From: Negaprion brevirostris
Taxonomy: Eukaryota
Reading direction: 5' to 3'
Assembly (NCBI GenBank): GCA_030324005.1
Contig: JARDVH010000193.1
Location: forward strand, 43,881,328-43,945,091
DNA: 63,764 nucleotides
The notes under the pieces are model-generated. The model was not told the DNA's origin. It searched no databases and saw only the letters and a list, made by a program, of their open reading frames with translations. Position numbers and translations under genes: made by a program. This document shows, piece by piece, positions 53,001 through 61,063 of the stretch (position 1 is its first letter; each line of letters opens with the position of its first letter).

Positions 53001-56000
53001 TTTGTCTATGTATTAACACAGTGAACTAAACAGCACTTAAAGCAGCAATTGCAATATGCAGTGCTTCATCCATAAAGAGGAAGGGATTGCACAGGACATT
53101 TTTGGTCTTAGTAAGAACTGTTCTGGAAAGCTGTGAAGCATCAACAACATTTATCTGTTAATTTTGCAGGTAACGGAGCTGAAAAGCCTGGCAAATCACG
53201 TCATAGTTGGCAACGTCTCCTGTGAAACAAAAGATTTGTTTGCAGCCCTGCCTCAGTCTGTTGCTGTGGATATCAATGATCTGGGAACTATTAAACTCAG
53301 TCTAGAGGTCATTTGGAAGTAAGTCTTTCATAGTTTAAAAATCAGATGAGAATAGTCTTTTGTAGCATGTTCATGGCACGGAAAATGCTTTGTCCACAGC
53401 AAAACTTGTAAGAATATTAGATAATCAAAGGACTACTTTTATCTGGCTACAATGGACCCTTTCAATTGCACTCTGCTCCAAGCTCTGCTTTGATTTTTAC
53501 AAAAAGTGTGTCATTCAGAATTATTGCACTACTGCAGAGGACTCGTGTTAAGAGTTTAACTTGTTTTATGCAGTCTTCAATAGAATGATGCATATTTATC
53601 CGCAAGTCAACAAAACTCTTGCCAAACATGTAAAGAAAGGCTAAAAAAAAATCCGGTTGCTCTCCCCACACTGACAATGCACGGTGCACCCCTCCTCTGC
53701 AGTCATACAAGTAAAAAGCCTTGCCATACCACCCCTTCCCTTGGGAAATCGTGCAAAGTCGAGAAGACAGCAGTGATCAGTACCCCAACTCTTTCCTGCT
53801 AGCCCACCTATCTTTTAATGATGTGAGAATTTCCACCCTTGGGAAATCTTCCTGCTCCACTTTGTGGATTTGCTGCACAATTTTCATTCTATGCACTGGC
53901 CACTCATTCCAGAAGCTGACAATGCTTGTGGAAAAAAAGTAACACCCTGGCATCCATAAGTATTGTGGCTAGTCCCCTACCTTGCTTATCAATCTCTAGT
54001 AACTTAGTCCACATTGACAGAACTAAATTGCTTCATAATTTTAAGTATCTCTACCTTGCCTCTGTTGAAGCCTACATTTTTCCAAGGATAAAAAGCCCCA
54101 TCTCTTCAAATCTGTCCTGCTAATTTGCGGCCCTTAAACTAGGGGCTAAAAGTCCTTAACCAGTTGGGTGGCCCTCCTTCAAACCATTTCCATAATGTTG
54201 TTATCCCCATAATTCAAAGGACCCAAAACCATATACTATAAGGTGGCTACACTAGGTACGAATAGGACTTCTAGTTTGATAGTTAATTGTCCTACCTATG
54301 CATTCTAATACCACATACACTTTCACTACAGTACTGTCTATCTAGCTGCGTAATGAGCAGCTCCAATAAGAATAGGACTAAAAGTCCCAACTGTAAACCT
54401 TTCAACTCACTGAGATCAAGATTATCTTCAGTACTTTGTAATCAAATCCCAATTCAGGATTAAAAAGAAAAACAGGAATTGCTAGAAGTATTCAGTAAGA
54501 AAAGACAGCATCCATGGAGAAAAAGAGTTGATGTTCTAGTTGATGACCTTTCATCAGACTAGAACTATAACTCTCCACAGCCCTGTCTGACCTGCCGTCT
54601 ACAGCATTTTCTGTTTTATTTAAGGTTTCCAGCACTTGCACTACTTTGTTTTGGCCCAGTTAATAATTGCTCTTCAATACTTTGGGACTTTACTCAAGGC
54701 CAATCCATGACTTTGGCTTTACTCAAGCTTTTCTTAGTGCTTTTCTTGGGTACTAGATTTAATTGCTCAGGGATTTTAGAAGCAGAAGAGGAGCTGAACA
54801 TTATTGATTATTTTTGCTTTGTTCTAAAGTGCATTAAGGAAAGGGACTTAAATCAACTGACCAAAAAGACTTTATGCCAGCAGGCTTAGGTGGTGCATGA
54901 GGGAAATGGATCAGGGAAATTTGAAATATGGAGCTATTCAAATGTTACAAGTACATAAACATTAAGATTATCAGAGACATTTTTTAAACCCCAATGCCTG
55001 CAATATGAACAATTTCATTTAAGTGTAATATTCTTCTCTCCTCGTGCCTTGTCAGGATACAATTGTGTTGTTGCCATCGCCACCCCTGATTTTAAGCCAA
55101 TTGTTATTCCCCTCTTGTTTCTGGTTTATATCAGTTCACTGCGTACTAGATTTGGGATTGAACCTAGGACTTTTCCATTCATTTATTAACTAGATAAACT
55201 TGACATGTGTTCTTGTTAGCAACTGTATGTTGTAAATTTAAACTTGGTGAACATCAGTCAGCTAATGAAGTAGTTCACTTAAGAATGGCATGGCTGTGGG
55301 TTTGGGGATTTGTGAACTCCACTCACTAAAACTGTTAATTGTGAAGTGCAAGGGAAAAGTGCAAGGTTTTATTGCCTTGCTTTCCTGACATGGATTATCT
55401 CTGCTTTTATTTTTTTAAGTCATTATGTGCTTCTTTTATAGTTAACACTTGATTAGCCCCATAACATTTAGATTAGATCTTGAATGAGAGTTGGTTGTTA
55501 AAGTGACTTTAAGATTTGGGAATTGTGGCCTGAGGACCCTCTGATATGAATCGAATAAGAACTATAGATATTAGCTTCTTTCCGTGTCTGAGAGAATTTA
55601 AGCAATACTCAAGCGGATAAAGATTTTTGTGTCCTTTTATAAAGGCCTCCAGTACTCTGTCCAAACATCGTGTTTCAGTCTATATTGATGCTCATTGTTA
55701 TGAACATCGTAACAATGCGACAATGTTGCATTGTTAAACAAAAAGCTTTGAAGAAAATGCTTGACTGCACACCACCCTCCCCTGCACACCTCCATTTGCA
55801 AGTAACTTATATCCCTCACTTGAATAGTTCAGACCCATTTATTTATTATTGCCCTTCCTGTCATTTGTTTGTAATATTTCTTTTAGTGCTTTTATATACA
55901 AGGCTCATTAGTTACAATCTGCATCACTGGGGGCCGTTCGCNNNNNNNNNNNNNNNNNNNNNNNNNNNNNNNNNNNNNNNNNNNNNNNNNNNNNNNNNNN

Positions 56001-58592
56001 NNNNNNNNNNNNNNNNNNNNNNNNNNNNNNNNNNNNNNNNNNNNNNNNNNNNNNNNNNNNNNNNNNNNNNNNNNNNNNNNNNNNNNNNNNNNNNNNNNNN
56101 NNNNNNNNNNNNNNNNNNNNNNNNNNNNNNNNNNNNNGGTGAGACCTGGGGGAGGGGCGAGAGTGCGGTTAGAGTGTTGGGCAGAGACTGAGGGGCTGGC
56201 AGGGAGTAATGGAAGGAGTCCATGCAAGAGTCGAACCTTGTGGAAATGGGGATGCCTAATACTGATGGAGCTGCACCTCCTTCCTGCCTGAGGCCTAAAT
56301 GGGTTTAATTCTCAGACCATCTGCGCCCAACCCCGACTTCTTCCAACAACTTAAATGGGGGTCGGGGGGGTGCAGTGTGGTTGGGGATATCAAATTGCTT
56401 TAGGATAGGTGGGAACCTGGTGGGCAGGCCCTCTGAGAAATGTTCTGGTATCCTCCACCACCACTTACAAACCCACAAAATCAGGGGAAAGTAAAATTCT
56501 GCCCCTGTGTAAGCTCCCCACATGCTTTCCTCACTGTGGCTTTGAAATTTCAATTTTTGATGTGGAAATTAGATTCTAGAATTAATAATGTTGGCCAGAG
56601 GTGGGAATGTGGAATTAGTTTACATGATCAGCCATGATGGTAGCAAAACAAGCTTGAGGAGCTGAATCGCTTGCTTATTTCCGCGTTCCTGTGGTAAGTT
56701 GTGTAAATCTTGCAGTTAGTTAGATCCCAGTGTGGCGAAGTTTGTTGCGGAAAAAAATCAAAAACATAATCATCCTTTAATCAGCACAAGTTGAATTCTT
56801 TTCCCCCAGATGTGACAGAGCATCCAGTGCTTGTATTTGACCTAGTTTTGGTCAATGGCCAATCCTAGGGAATATGCTGAACCACTTCATTTGTGCCAGT
56901 TGTTAGCTGCAGAGCAATGGCCACTTTCAGAAGACTTTCCAACTCTGAGTGCATTGAATTCAATGTTCGACAATCAATTCCAAATCTCTACACACACTTT
57001 TGTATCCTATTTGAACTGAAGCACTCTATTAGTCAAAGATTACTTGAGAAATTAAAGTACTGAAAAAATGACTTTTGTGAACTTACAGAATAATTTAAAA
57101 TATTCAGCATATCTCTGCTTAACTTTGTTATCAACTTTGCTGTGATTGGCATCAGCTCTTTGTGAGGATGTGACTAACTTTTCCTTTTGTTAATGGGTGT
57201 GTTGGGATTGGTTGATATGTTTATGTCCATGTATAATTCCTGCCTTCCCCCTTGAGTTACTTTTTTTAAAGAGTCTGATCAAGCTTGACAAACCAATTCT
57301 GGACAAAGGTCTGCTAAAACATGCTCAGAAATTTACACATCTCACTGTGAATACAAGAAATATTCCATAATCACTATGCTACTTACACTACTGAATCCAT
57401 GATTTTGCAAGCAGATATTGCCCCTTCAAAAGGCTCAGGTTTAAATGTCGCATTCAGTCTTTCACTTTCTTTCAATGTACGAATTTCTCCATGCCTTTAA
57501 GATGTTTTCCCTTGTGTAACTGAGCCATTCTTCTAGGGAAACTGCAAGTCAGTCCGTGATCTGTGTCATATTTGGGATGAACTTCATTAAAGCAGCAGTT
57601 AGCGTGTTCTAGTTGGCCCTGGATTAGAGAGAACGAGGTGAATGGGGAGAGGGTGCGGAATTGACAGTCCATGCTGGTGAGGGTTTGTGTGTGTGTCTTC
57701 AGTACAGGAAGTAAGAAAACAAAAGGAAACTCTTCCTTTTTATTCCATGCTCAGTAAAATATTGAAAAAAGGATCTTATTGTCATAAATAAGAGAGCCTT
57801 AGGTCTTTGTGGCACCTTTCACAGTTTCAGAATGTCTCAAAACACTTCATAACCATAAAGTATAATCACTGTTTTGATGTAGGGGAATCATGGCAATCAG
57901 TTGCTCAGTAAGAAACTTCAGTGGAGTGAATGACTAACTAAGCTGTTACTGATATGGTTTGAGGAACACATACTGGTCAGGATACTGGCAGTGCTCCCTG
58001 ATTCTTCAGATGTCCTGAGACAGCAAATGATTTGGCAAATCATCTGGAAGGTAGTACCTGGGACAACAGAACTCTCCTTCAGCATTGCATGAAGCATTAT
58101 GTCCAGCATAATGTACTCAACTGTAGTGAAGCTTCAACCCACAACTGTCTGACTCCCATGGCTAGGTACTACATGTACTGACTCTAACCCTCTCTTCCTT
58201 TCTCCATTAATGCTGTCACCCAGGATTATATTTCTGCATCTTCCAGTGGAATTTAATGCTACCCAGCATTAATTACTGGTAGAAGGAAGCAACAGTTTGT
58301 TTATTATTAGACACCTGCACTAATCCCAGAGCAGCTTACCATGTTCTGAATCCCAAGGTTAGAACGTGTGGAAAATATCTTAGCAAGGAAGTCATTCTAC
58401 TATGTCTTAAATGCCAGCAGTGTCTGTGTATCGTGTCTTATTTACCTTGTGTTCTCTTTTAGTCCATTTGACAAAGATGATCAAACATCTGCTGCAAGTA
58501 CTGTCAACAAAGTGCCCACTGTGAACAAGCGATTCTCCACCTACAACCAAAGTCCACCAGATACCCCATCCCTGCGGGAACAGGCCTTTTAT
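10080..58592 (+). CDS. RIPOR1: RIPOR1/FAM65A (RHO family interacting cell polarization regulator 1), spliced CDS, 3'-incomplete: join(10080-10180,12917-13069,16070-16148,16832-16855,17648-17701,35391-35540,38249-38312,48848-48891,51301-51426,53170-53318,58463-58592)
   Basis: 11 exons with AG/GT boundaries and compatible phases give 1074 nt (358 codons) with no stop. Peptides [71 protein letters not shown] and [21 protein letters not shown] match RIPOR1 as recalled. The last is RIPOR1-specific rather than RIPOR2/3. Confidence 0.93.
10650..11045 (-). mobile_element. Deu-domain SINE (SacSINE1/AmnSINE1-like)
   Basis: Antisense Deu core (ccacctgagagggca..ctgcactccttcagaactg) and tail (ttgtatttatatagcaccttt). 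Paralogues at 34.5k, 36.65k, 57.8k and 61.6k. Confidence 0.7.
11941..12117 (+). mobile_element. HE1-like V-SINE, 5'-truncated, CR1-type tail
   Basis: Matches the 3' half of the 13213-13526 copy (taggtg.attggccat.ctaaattg...gggattcta). Confidence 0.85.
12917..13069 (+). CDS. RIPOR1: RIPOR1 exon 2: [50 protein letters not shown]
   Basis: tttttgtcttccag acceptor, GTAAGG donor, 153 nt, phase 2-2. PQPERLD.VY.ALK.GL motif. Confidence 0.95.
13213..13526 (+). mobile_element. HE1-like tRNA-derived V-SINE, full length
   Basis: A box tggcacagtagttagc, B box gggtttaattcc, V core ctgtgtggagt..ttcctcccacag, tail tgtagggattcta. Confidence 0.9.
16070..16148 (+). CDS. RIPOR1: RIPOR1 exon 3: [26 protein letters not shown]
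   Basis: ttcttacag acceptor, GTAAGA donor, 79 nt. Confidence 0.95.
16832..16855 (+). CDS. RIPOR1: RIPOR1 exon 4 (24-nt microexon): GFLYDLDK
   Basis: ttggttttcag acceptor, AAG|GTAAGA donor. Peptide matches RIPOR1 GFLYDLDK. Confidence 0.95.
17648..17701 (+). CDS. RIPOR1: RIPOR1 exon 5: [18 protein letters not shown]
   Basis: Long pyrimidine tract then ctgatag acceptor, AAG|GTAAGA donor, 54 nt. Confidence 0.95.
18808..19230 (+). mobile_element. CR1 LINE 3' end
   Basis: Encodes [30 protein letters not shown] (CR1 ORF2 C-terminus), followed by the CR1 3' UTR. Confidence 0.85.
19497..19621. mobile_element. Short MITE-like element
   Basis: Imperfect TIRs ggctggaattttac / ataaaatccccac; related ends at about 40400 and 56500. 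Confidence 0.4.
20525..20834 (-). mobile_element. HE1-like V-SINE, full length
   Basis: Reverse complement of the 13213 copy; (catagaat) tail repeats and a tRNA head at 20770-20834. Confidence 0.9.
21555..22446. mobile_element. GC-rich non-autonomous DNA-transposon-like element
   Basis: About 0.9-kb GC/CpG-rich island bounded by imperfect TIRs ggatgctattttgcca / tgataaaatcacccc; no recognisable ORF. Confidence 0.5.
22714..23020 (-). mobile_element. Penelope-like element (P1) 3' end with internal deletion
   Basis: Minus strand reads [29 protein letters not shown] (Penelope endonuclease C-terminus), then UTR shared with the 24.0k and 59.5k copies. Confidence 0.85.
23120..23310 (+). mobile_element. 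Penelope-like (P2) terminal repeat, decayed
   Basis: cagttccgacgaa...tgaaac...gatggcgcctgtcctgctgagga..ccagcaattcctg parallels the right arm of 36300-36400. Confidence 0.55.
23801..23896 (-). mobile_element. HE1-like SINE tail cut by a gap
   Basis: tatagaaccatagaatcccc..ggccattcagcccatcga..gacaacaatcccatccaggcc. Confidence 0.8.
23996..24210 (+). mobile_element. Penelope-like (P1) terminal repeat with decayed hammerhead motif
   Basis: Reverse complement of 22740-22840 and 59380-59590; ends aataaaactgttggactttaacctggtgttgtgagacttcttactgt. Confidence 0.85.
25988..26125 (-). mobile_element. Penelope-like (P1) terminal repeat cut by a gap
   Basis: atgatgtggagatgccggcattggactggg..cacagtaagaagtctcacaacaccagg. 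Confidence 0.85.
27632..28378 (+). mobile_element. CR1 LINE 3' part (gap inside)
   Basis: [17 protein letters not shown] and [33 protein letters not shown], typical CR1 ORF2 C-terminal motifs. Confidence 0.92.
28460..30974 (-). mobile_element. Decayed, internally deleted Ty3/Gypsy LTR retrotransposon
   Basis: Diverged direct repeats at about 28492-28592 and 30829-30974 (ctcaaaggaatgatatcag..ccacagtaca..ttctccaaa). PBS at 30815-30828. Gag knuckle [14 protein letters not shown], protease remnant (T)SASCNII, RNase [26 protein letters not shown]. Confidence 0.88.
30815..30828 (-). promoter_or_regulatory. Primer binding site complementary to tRNA-Leu(CAG) 3' end
   Basis: Minus strand TGGTGTCAGGAGTG immediately after the LTR-terminal CA. 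Plus strand CACTCCTGACACCA equals the recalled vertebrate tRNA-Leu-CAG 3' end including CCA. Confidence 0.8.
31220..31550 (+). mobile_element. V-SINE with HE1-like head and alternative (type 2) tail
   Basis: Same head and core as 13213, but tail is caggcgcc..ttttcactgtaactt..aataaataaacttt(aaacttt)n. Confidence 0.85.
31993..32181 (-). mobile_element. LINE 3' UTR (Rex1/Babar-like as recalled) with (TCAAA)n tail
   Basis: atttgatttgatttattattgtca..catacagtgaaaagtattgtttcttgc; directly abuts a SINE head. Confidence 0.6.
32182..32285 (-). mobile_element. HE1-like SINE head/core fragment
   Basis: aaacccatgcagacacggggagaacatgcagactc..gtgacccaag..gtgaggcag. Confidence 0.8.
32899..33202 (-). mobile_element. 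V-SINE with type 2 tail, full length
   Basis: Reverse complement of the 31220 copy. Confidence 0.88.
33475..33551 (-). mobile_element. Isolated tRNA-like SINE head
   Basis: gtgacccaagccgggaatcgaaccgggatccctggtgctgtgag..gtgctaaccgctgtgccac; A and B boxes on the minus strand. Confidence 0.8.
33897..34126 (+). mobile_element. SINE head (33897-34014) fused to CR1 ORF2 fragment (34015-34126)
   Basis: SINE core followed by [23 protein letters not shown], the CR1 RT W...WQM.FN..KC.VMH.G motif. Confidence 0.88.
34227..34359 (-). mobile_element. Rex1/Babar-like LINE RT fragment
   Basis: Minus strand [38 protein letters not shown]. Confidence 0.8.
35391..35540 (+). CDS. RIPOR1: RIPOR1 exon 6 (HR1-like Rho-binding region): [50 protein letters not shown]
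   Basis: tttgttgcag acceptor, GAG|GTAAAG donor, 150 nt; lies within ORF 35367-35567. Confidence 0.96.
36165..36407. mobile_element. Palindromic element made of two inverted Penelope (P2) terminal repeats
   Basis: Centre AGAACTGGAA-G-TTCCAGTTCT (36290-36310); arms are diverged reverse complements. Confidence 0.75.
36645..37430 (-). mobile_element. Deu-domain SINE split by a nested + strand MER131-like SINE (36826-37185)
   Basis: Deu tail and core at 36645-36825 resume at 37186 (gtgggatc..ccacctgagagggc..cagcactccctc). The insert has a gggttcaaatccc B box and an A-tail. Confidence 0.75.
38249..38312 (+). CDS. RIPOR1: RIPOR1 exon 7: [21 protein letters not shown](G)
   Basis: tttcttttacccag acceptor, AAG|GTGAGT donor, 64 nt. 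Confidence 0.95.
39115..39309 (+). mobile_element. HE1-like SINE, 5'-truncated
   Basis: taggtggatttgccatgcta...gcactgtagggattctat. Confidence 0.85.
39668..39977 (+). mobile_element. HE1-like V-SINE, full length
   Basis: tggtggcacagtggttagcactactgcctcacagc..gtagggattct. Confidence 0.9.
41610..41759. repeat. Degenerate G-rich minisatellite (about 25-31 bp unit tgtgggcagcaggaggccccaagt)
   Basis: About six recurrences of tgtggg/tgagtgg..caggag(g); caggaggccccaagt occurs twice, 31 bp apart. Confidence 0.6.
43075..43314 (+). mobile_element. CR1 LINE 3' end
   Basis: [11 protein letters not shown]...[11 protein letters not shown], then a CR1-type tail. Confidence 0.8.
43931..43998. repeat. (TG)34 microsatellite
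   Basis: Uninterrupted TG run. Confidence 0.98.
45607..46660 (-). mobile_element. Decayed CR1 LINE
   Basis: catagaaccata tail; antisense of CVQFW-like motif (cagaattggacacaat). Confidence 0.75.
46675..47400 (+). mobile_element. Penelope-like element (family P3) 3' end with terminal repeat, interrupted by a CR1 insertion (about 46780-46963)
   Basis: Remnants YDSAIEQRL / [18 protein letters not shown] / [11 protein letters not shown] resemble a GIY-YIG C-terminus (SAI..HL...F.I...LC.QK). Followed by UTR with CTGATGA..GAAA. Confidence 0.72.
47322..47357 (+). ncRNA. Minimal type I hammerhead ribozyme-like motif (core boxes intact, helices mutated)
   Basis: TTGTC CTGATGA GTGCAAGCT GAAA ATCTT T AACAA. 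Confidence 0.65.
47770..48430 (+). mobile_element. Decayed L2-clade LINE fragment
   Basis: gctgatgacactcacctc (ADDT.L; YADD-like) followed by [11 protein letters not shown], similar to 3221-3885. Confidence 0.55.
48848..48891 (+). CDS. RIPOR1: RIPOR1 exon 8: [15 protein letters not shown]
   Basis: tctttgtttcag acceptor, GAG|GTGAGG donor, 44 nt. Confidence 0.95.
49375..50870 (-). mobile_element. Decayed CR1 LINE
   Basis: Antisense CR1 ORF2 hallmarks (cccagactgtatgcagtactc; aaaagccttactaaaatccacataaac = VYVDFSKAF). Confidence 0.8.
51301..51426 (+). CDS. RIPOR1: RIPOR1 exon 9: [42 protein letters not shown]
   Basis: ttggcag acceptor, AAG|GTAAGG donor, 126 nt; overlaps ORF 51307-51498. Confidence 0.96.
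53170..53318 (+). CDS. RIPOR1: RIPOR1 exon 10: [49 protein letters not shown]
   Basis: ttttgcag acceptor, GTAAGT donor, 149 nt. Confidence 0.96.
53695..54430 (-). mobile_element. Decayed CR1-clade LINE
   Basis: Antisense remnants (cattccagaagctgacaatgc..gtggaaaaa; acccaaaaccatatactata). Confidence 0.55.
54460..54655. mobile_element. Palindromic Penelope (P2) terminal-repeat element
   Basis: Arms aaaacagga.tgct..cagcatccatggaga / tctccacag..ctgacctgc..cagcattttctgtttt; gatgacctttcatcag near the centre. Confidence 0.7.
57790..58180 (-). mobile_element. Deu-domain SINE, decayed
   Basis: gcacctttcac..tctcaaaacacttca..tggtttgagga..actctccttcagcattgcatgaag. Confidence 0.55.
58463..58592 (+). CDS. 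RIPOR1: RIPOR1 exon 11: [43 protein letters not shown]
   Basis: ttctcttttag acceptor, TAT|GTAAGT donor, 130 nt; within ORF 58368-58679. Confidence 0.96.
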
Positions 58593-59379
58593 GTAAGTCT
58601 CTCTACAGGTGTATTCTGTTATGGATATCCTGAATGTAAGGATGCTTTGCACAATCGCCCAGATTGGTATATTCCTTGAAATGTGTGAAGTGTTTTCCTT
58701 GTGATCCAAACTGCAGTCTTGCTTAGTACAACCCAGTCGTTCTGTTGTTTTAATTTTACAATCTGAAGACAAATGCCTTGGTTCAGATTTGACTCTGGGC
58801 AGCTTAGTATTAATATGGACCTGCTGTGGAGTAGGGTCAACAGCTATGACAGAGTTTGAAAAGGACTGTGTGCGCACTTATGGAAGAAAAGGGAAAGAGT
58901 CATCCTCATGTATACTCCGCACAGTAAAATCATTGATTATCCTTCATAAACATGTCTACGATTTCAATGCACCTCAGGAACAGAGAACCTTTCACTCTGG
59001 CTGTATGGCTTGCACATTCTTAGCTCCAAGTTGTCATAGTGACGGAGGAACTAGAGAGGGGAGGAAAGGGCTGGCTGGCTAACAAAGGAAAAGCAGTATC
59101 AGAGAAGAGTGACACGAGAGAGAGAGAGCTATATTCTGACTGAAGCTGTTAATAAATTACAACAGTCGGATCTACTTGTGCAGCCAGAGACACTAAGGTG
59201 TGTAATTCAGGAGGTAGCTAACGTGTTTACTGACTGCTGCCGCAAATCATAATTCTCTATTTTTAACCAGTTATTTAAGTTGTAAGGTTGCCATTTTATT
59301 TCTTGGCCTCGTGGTATTAGAGATGTACTCTCACCAGATAATGCTAGAAAATGAATCTCTGTTTAAAGTCTTCAATAAA

Positions 59380-59715
59380 AAGTCTGACAACACCAGGTTT
59401 TAGTCCAACCGATTTATTTGACAGTAAACTCACAAGCTTTTAAGGTTTCCCTCTTCGTCAGGCGAATGGAGAGTTCTGGCCTCAGACAGAGCATATAACA
59501 GCACCGACAGTTTACAGATTACTGATTAGAATGCAAGTCTTTACAACTAACCTGTTATTCAAGTCTTAAAGATGCTGATGATGTGAGTGGAAAGAGCATT
59601 GTGCATAGGTTAAAGAGATGTGTATTGTCTCCAGACAGTACAGTAAGTGAGGTTTTGCAAAGACAGGCAAGTCATGGGGGCTACAGATAGTGTGTCATGA
59701 ACCTAAGATCCCGGT
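59380..59715 (-). mobile_element. Penelope-like (P1) 3' end plus terminal repeat
   Basis: Collinear with 22740-22960 and reverse complement of 23996-24210; ORF end RDLRFMTHYL*. Confidence 0.85.
59428..59467 (-). ncRNA. Minimal type I hammerhead ribozyme-like motif (G12>A lesion)
   Basis: Minus strand ATTCGC CTGACGA A GAGG GAAA CCTT AAAA GCTT GTGAGT. Confidence 0.7.
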
Positions 59716-60004
59716 AGTCTTATACACCCAGCCAGCCTATGTGTGTGATTTATTCGTTTAATTCCTGTTTGAAAGTTACAATTGAACATAGAACATAGAA
59801 TTGAATCTGCTTTTACTGCCCCTTCAGGCAATGCATTCCAGATCATAAGAACTTATTCCCCTTATGTTGCCTTTTAAGATGAATAAGAAAATCTAATGGG
59901 TAGGTGGAGATAAATATTTCCTCAGGTGAGATAAAACAGAAAGTACCTTGATATCAGAGTGAGACTATTCTGGGGTGATCACGCCCAGGGTTAAGACAGG
60001 TTAT

Positions 60005-60264
60005 AAAGTTTTTTTTATTCGTCACAAGTTATTTTATTCGTTACATTAACACTGCAAAGGAATTCTCTTAGTTGCCACACTTTGGTGCCTGTTCGGGTCA
60101 ATGTACCTAACCAGCATGTGGGAGGAAACTGGAGCACCCGGAGGAAACCCACACAGACACAGGGAGAACATGCAAACTCCACACGGAAATGATCCAAGCT
60201 GGGAATCGAACCAGGGTCCCTGGTGCTGTGAAGCAGTAGTCCTAACCACTGAGCTACCGTGCCA
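60005..60264 (-). mobile_element. V-SINE with type 2 tail, inserted in a + strand CR1 3' end (about 59880-60410)
   Basis: aaagttttttttattcgtcacaag tail and tRNA head at 60195-60264. CR1 tail (aatggcggagcag..cctatatcttatggtcttg) resumes afterwards. Confidence 0.85.
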
Positions 60265-61063
60265 CTGTTCTTGGGTGGTAAGTGGCTCAAAGGTTACGGG
60301 GGAAAAGTAGGAGAATGGTGTTGAGAAACTTATCAGCCACGATCAAATGGCGGAGCAGGTCCAATGGGCCGAATGCCCAATTCTGTTCCTATATCTTATG
60401 GTCTTGTGGTCTAGCAACTCTTCATAGAGGAAGCCTGGGACCCTCCTAACAGGCTGTTGGGAGGTCAATAGGAAAAGGCAAAATCATGATCGATTTTTGT
60501 TTGGAAAGTGTTGTTAGAGTGGACCTCTTCTAACAAACCACAGGAAACTAAGAGACAGATTATAATAATTTATTCATGATCCAAGCATGGAGGGCACTAC
60601 CCCAGAGAAACCTCTGAAGTAGCACTCTCCTCTAATACAGCTCTCTCAGTTCTAATTGCACTCAATCCTCTAAGTCACAGATACGCACTTTTTAATCAGA
60701 ACACAGAACATTGTTTTTAAAATTCCAATCTTGTCCACATAGGTTTATTATTAATCCTTCATCCAGAGCATGGCTGTTATCTCCTCCTAGCCAGAGACTA
60801 TTTCCTCTGATGTAAACAATCAAAGCCTTGCTGGAGAGTTCTTGCTGGTTTCAGGTCCATGAGGGTGCGTAAGTTTTACCTGGGGTATAAGCTGTTAACG
60901 ATCATGTGCTCTTTACTCTTAGCTCCAACCTTCTTTCAACTGAACCAATTAATTTATCCTAACAGTGCAATAAAGAATATGGAGCCAAGCACGATAAATG
61001 GAGCTGAAGTTTAGATCTGCTATGATCTACCTGAATGGTGTAACAGACTGAACTAGCTGAATA

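Noticed and set aside
57642-57716. Possible microexon or alternative first exon ending GGAA|GTAAGA
   Set aside because: An 8-nt exon would shift the frame, and ATGs at 57642 and 57671 give phases incompatible with exon 11.
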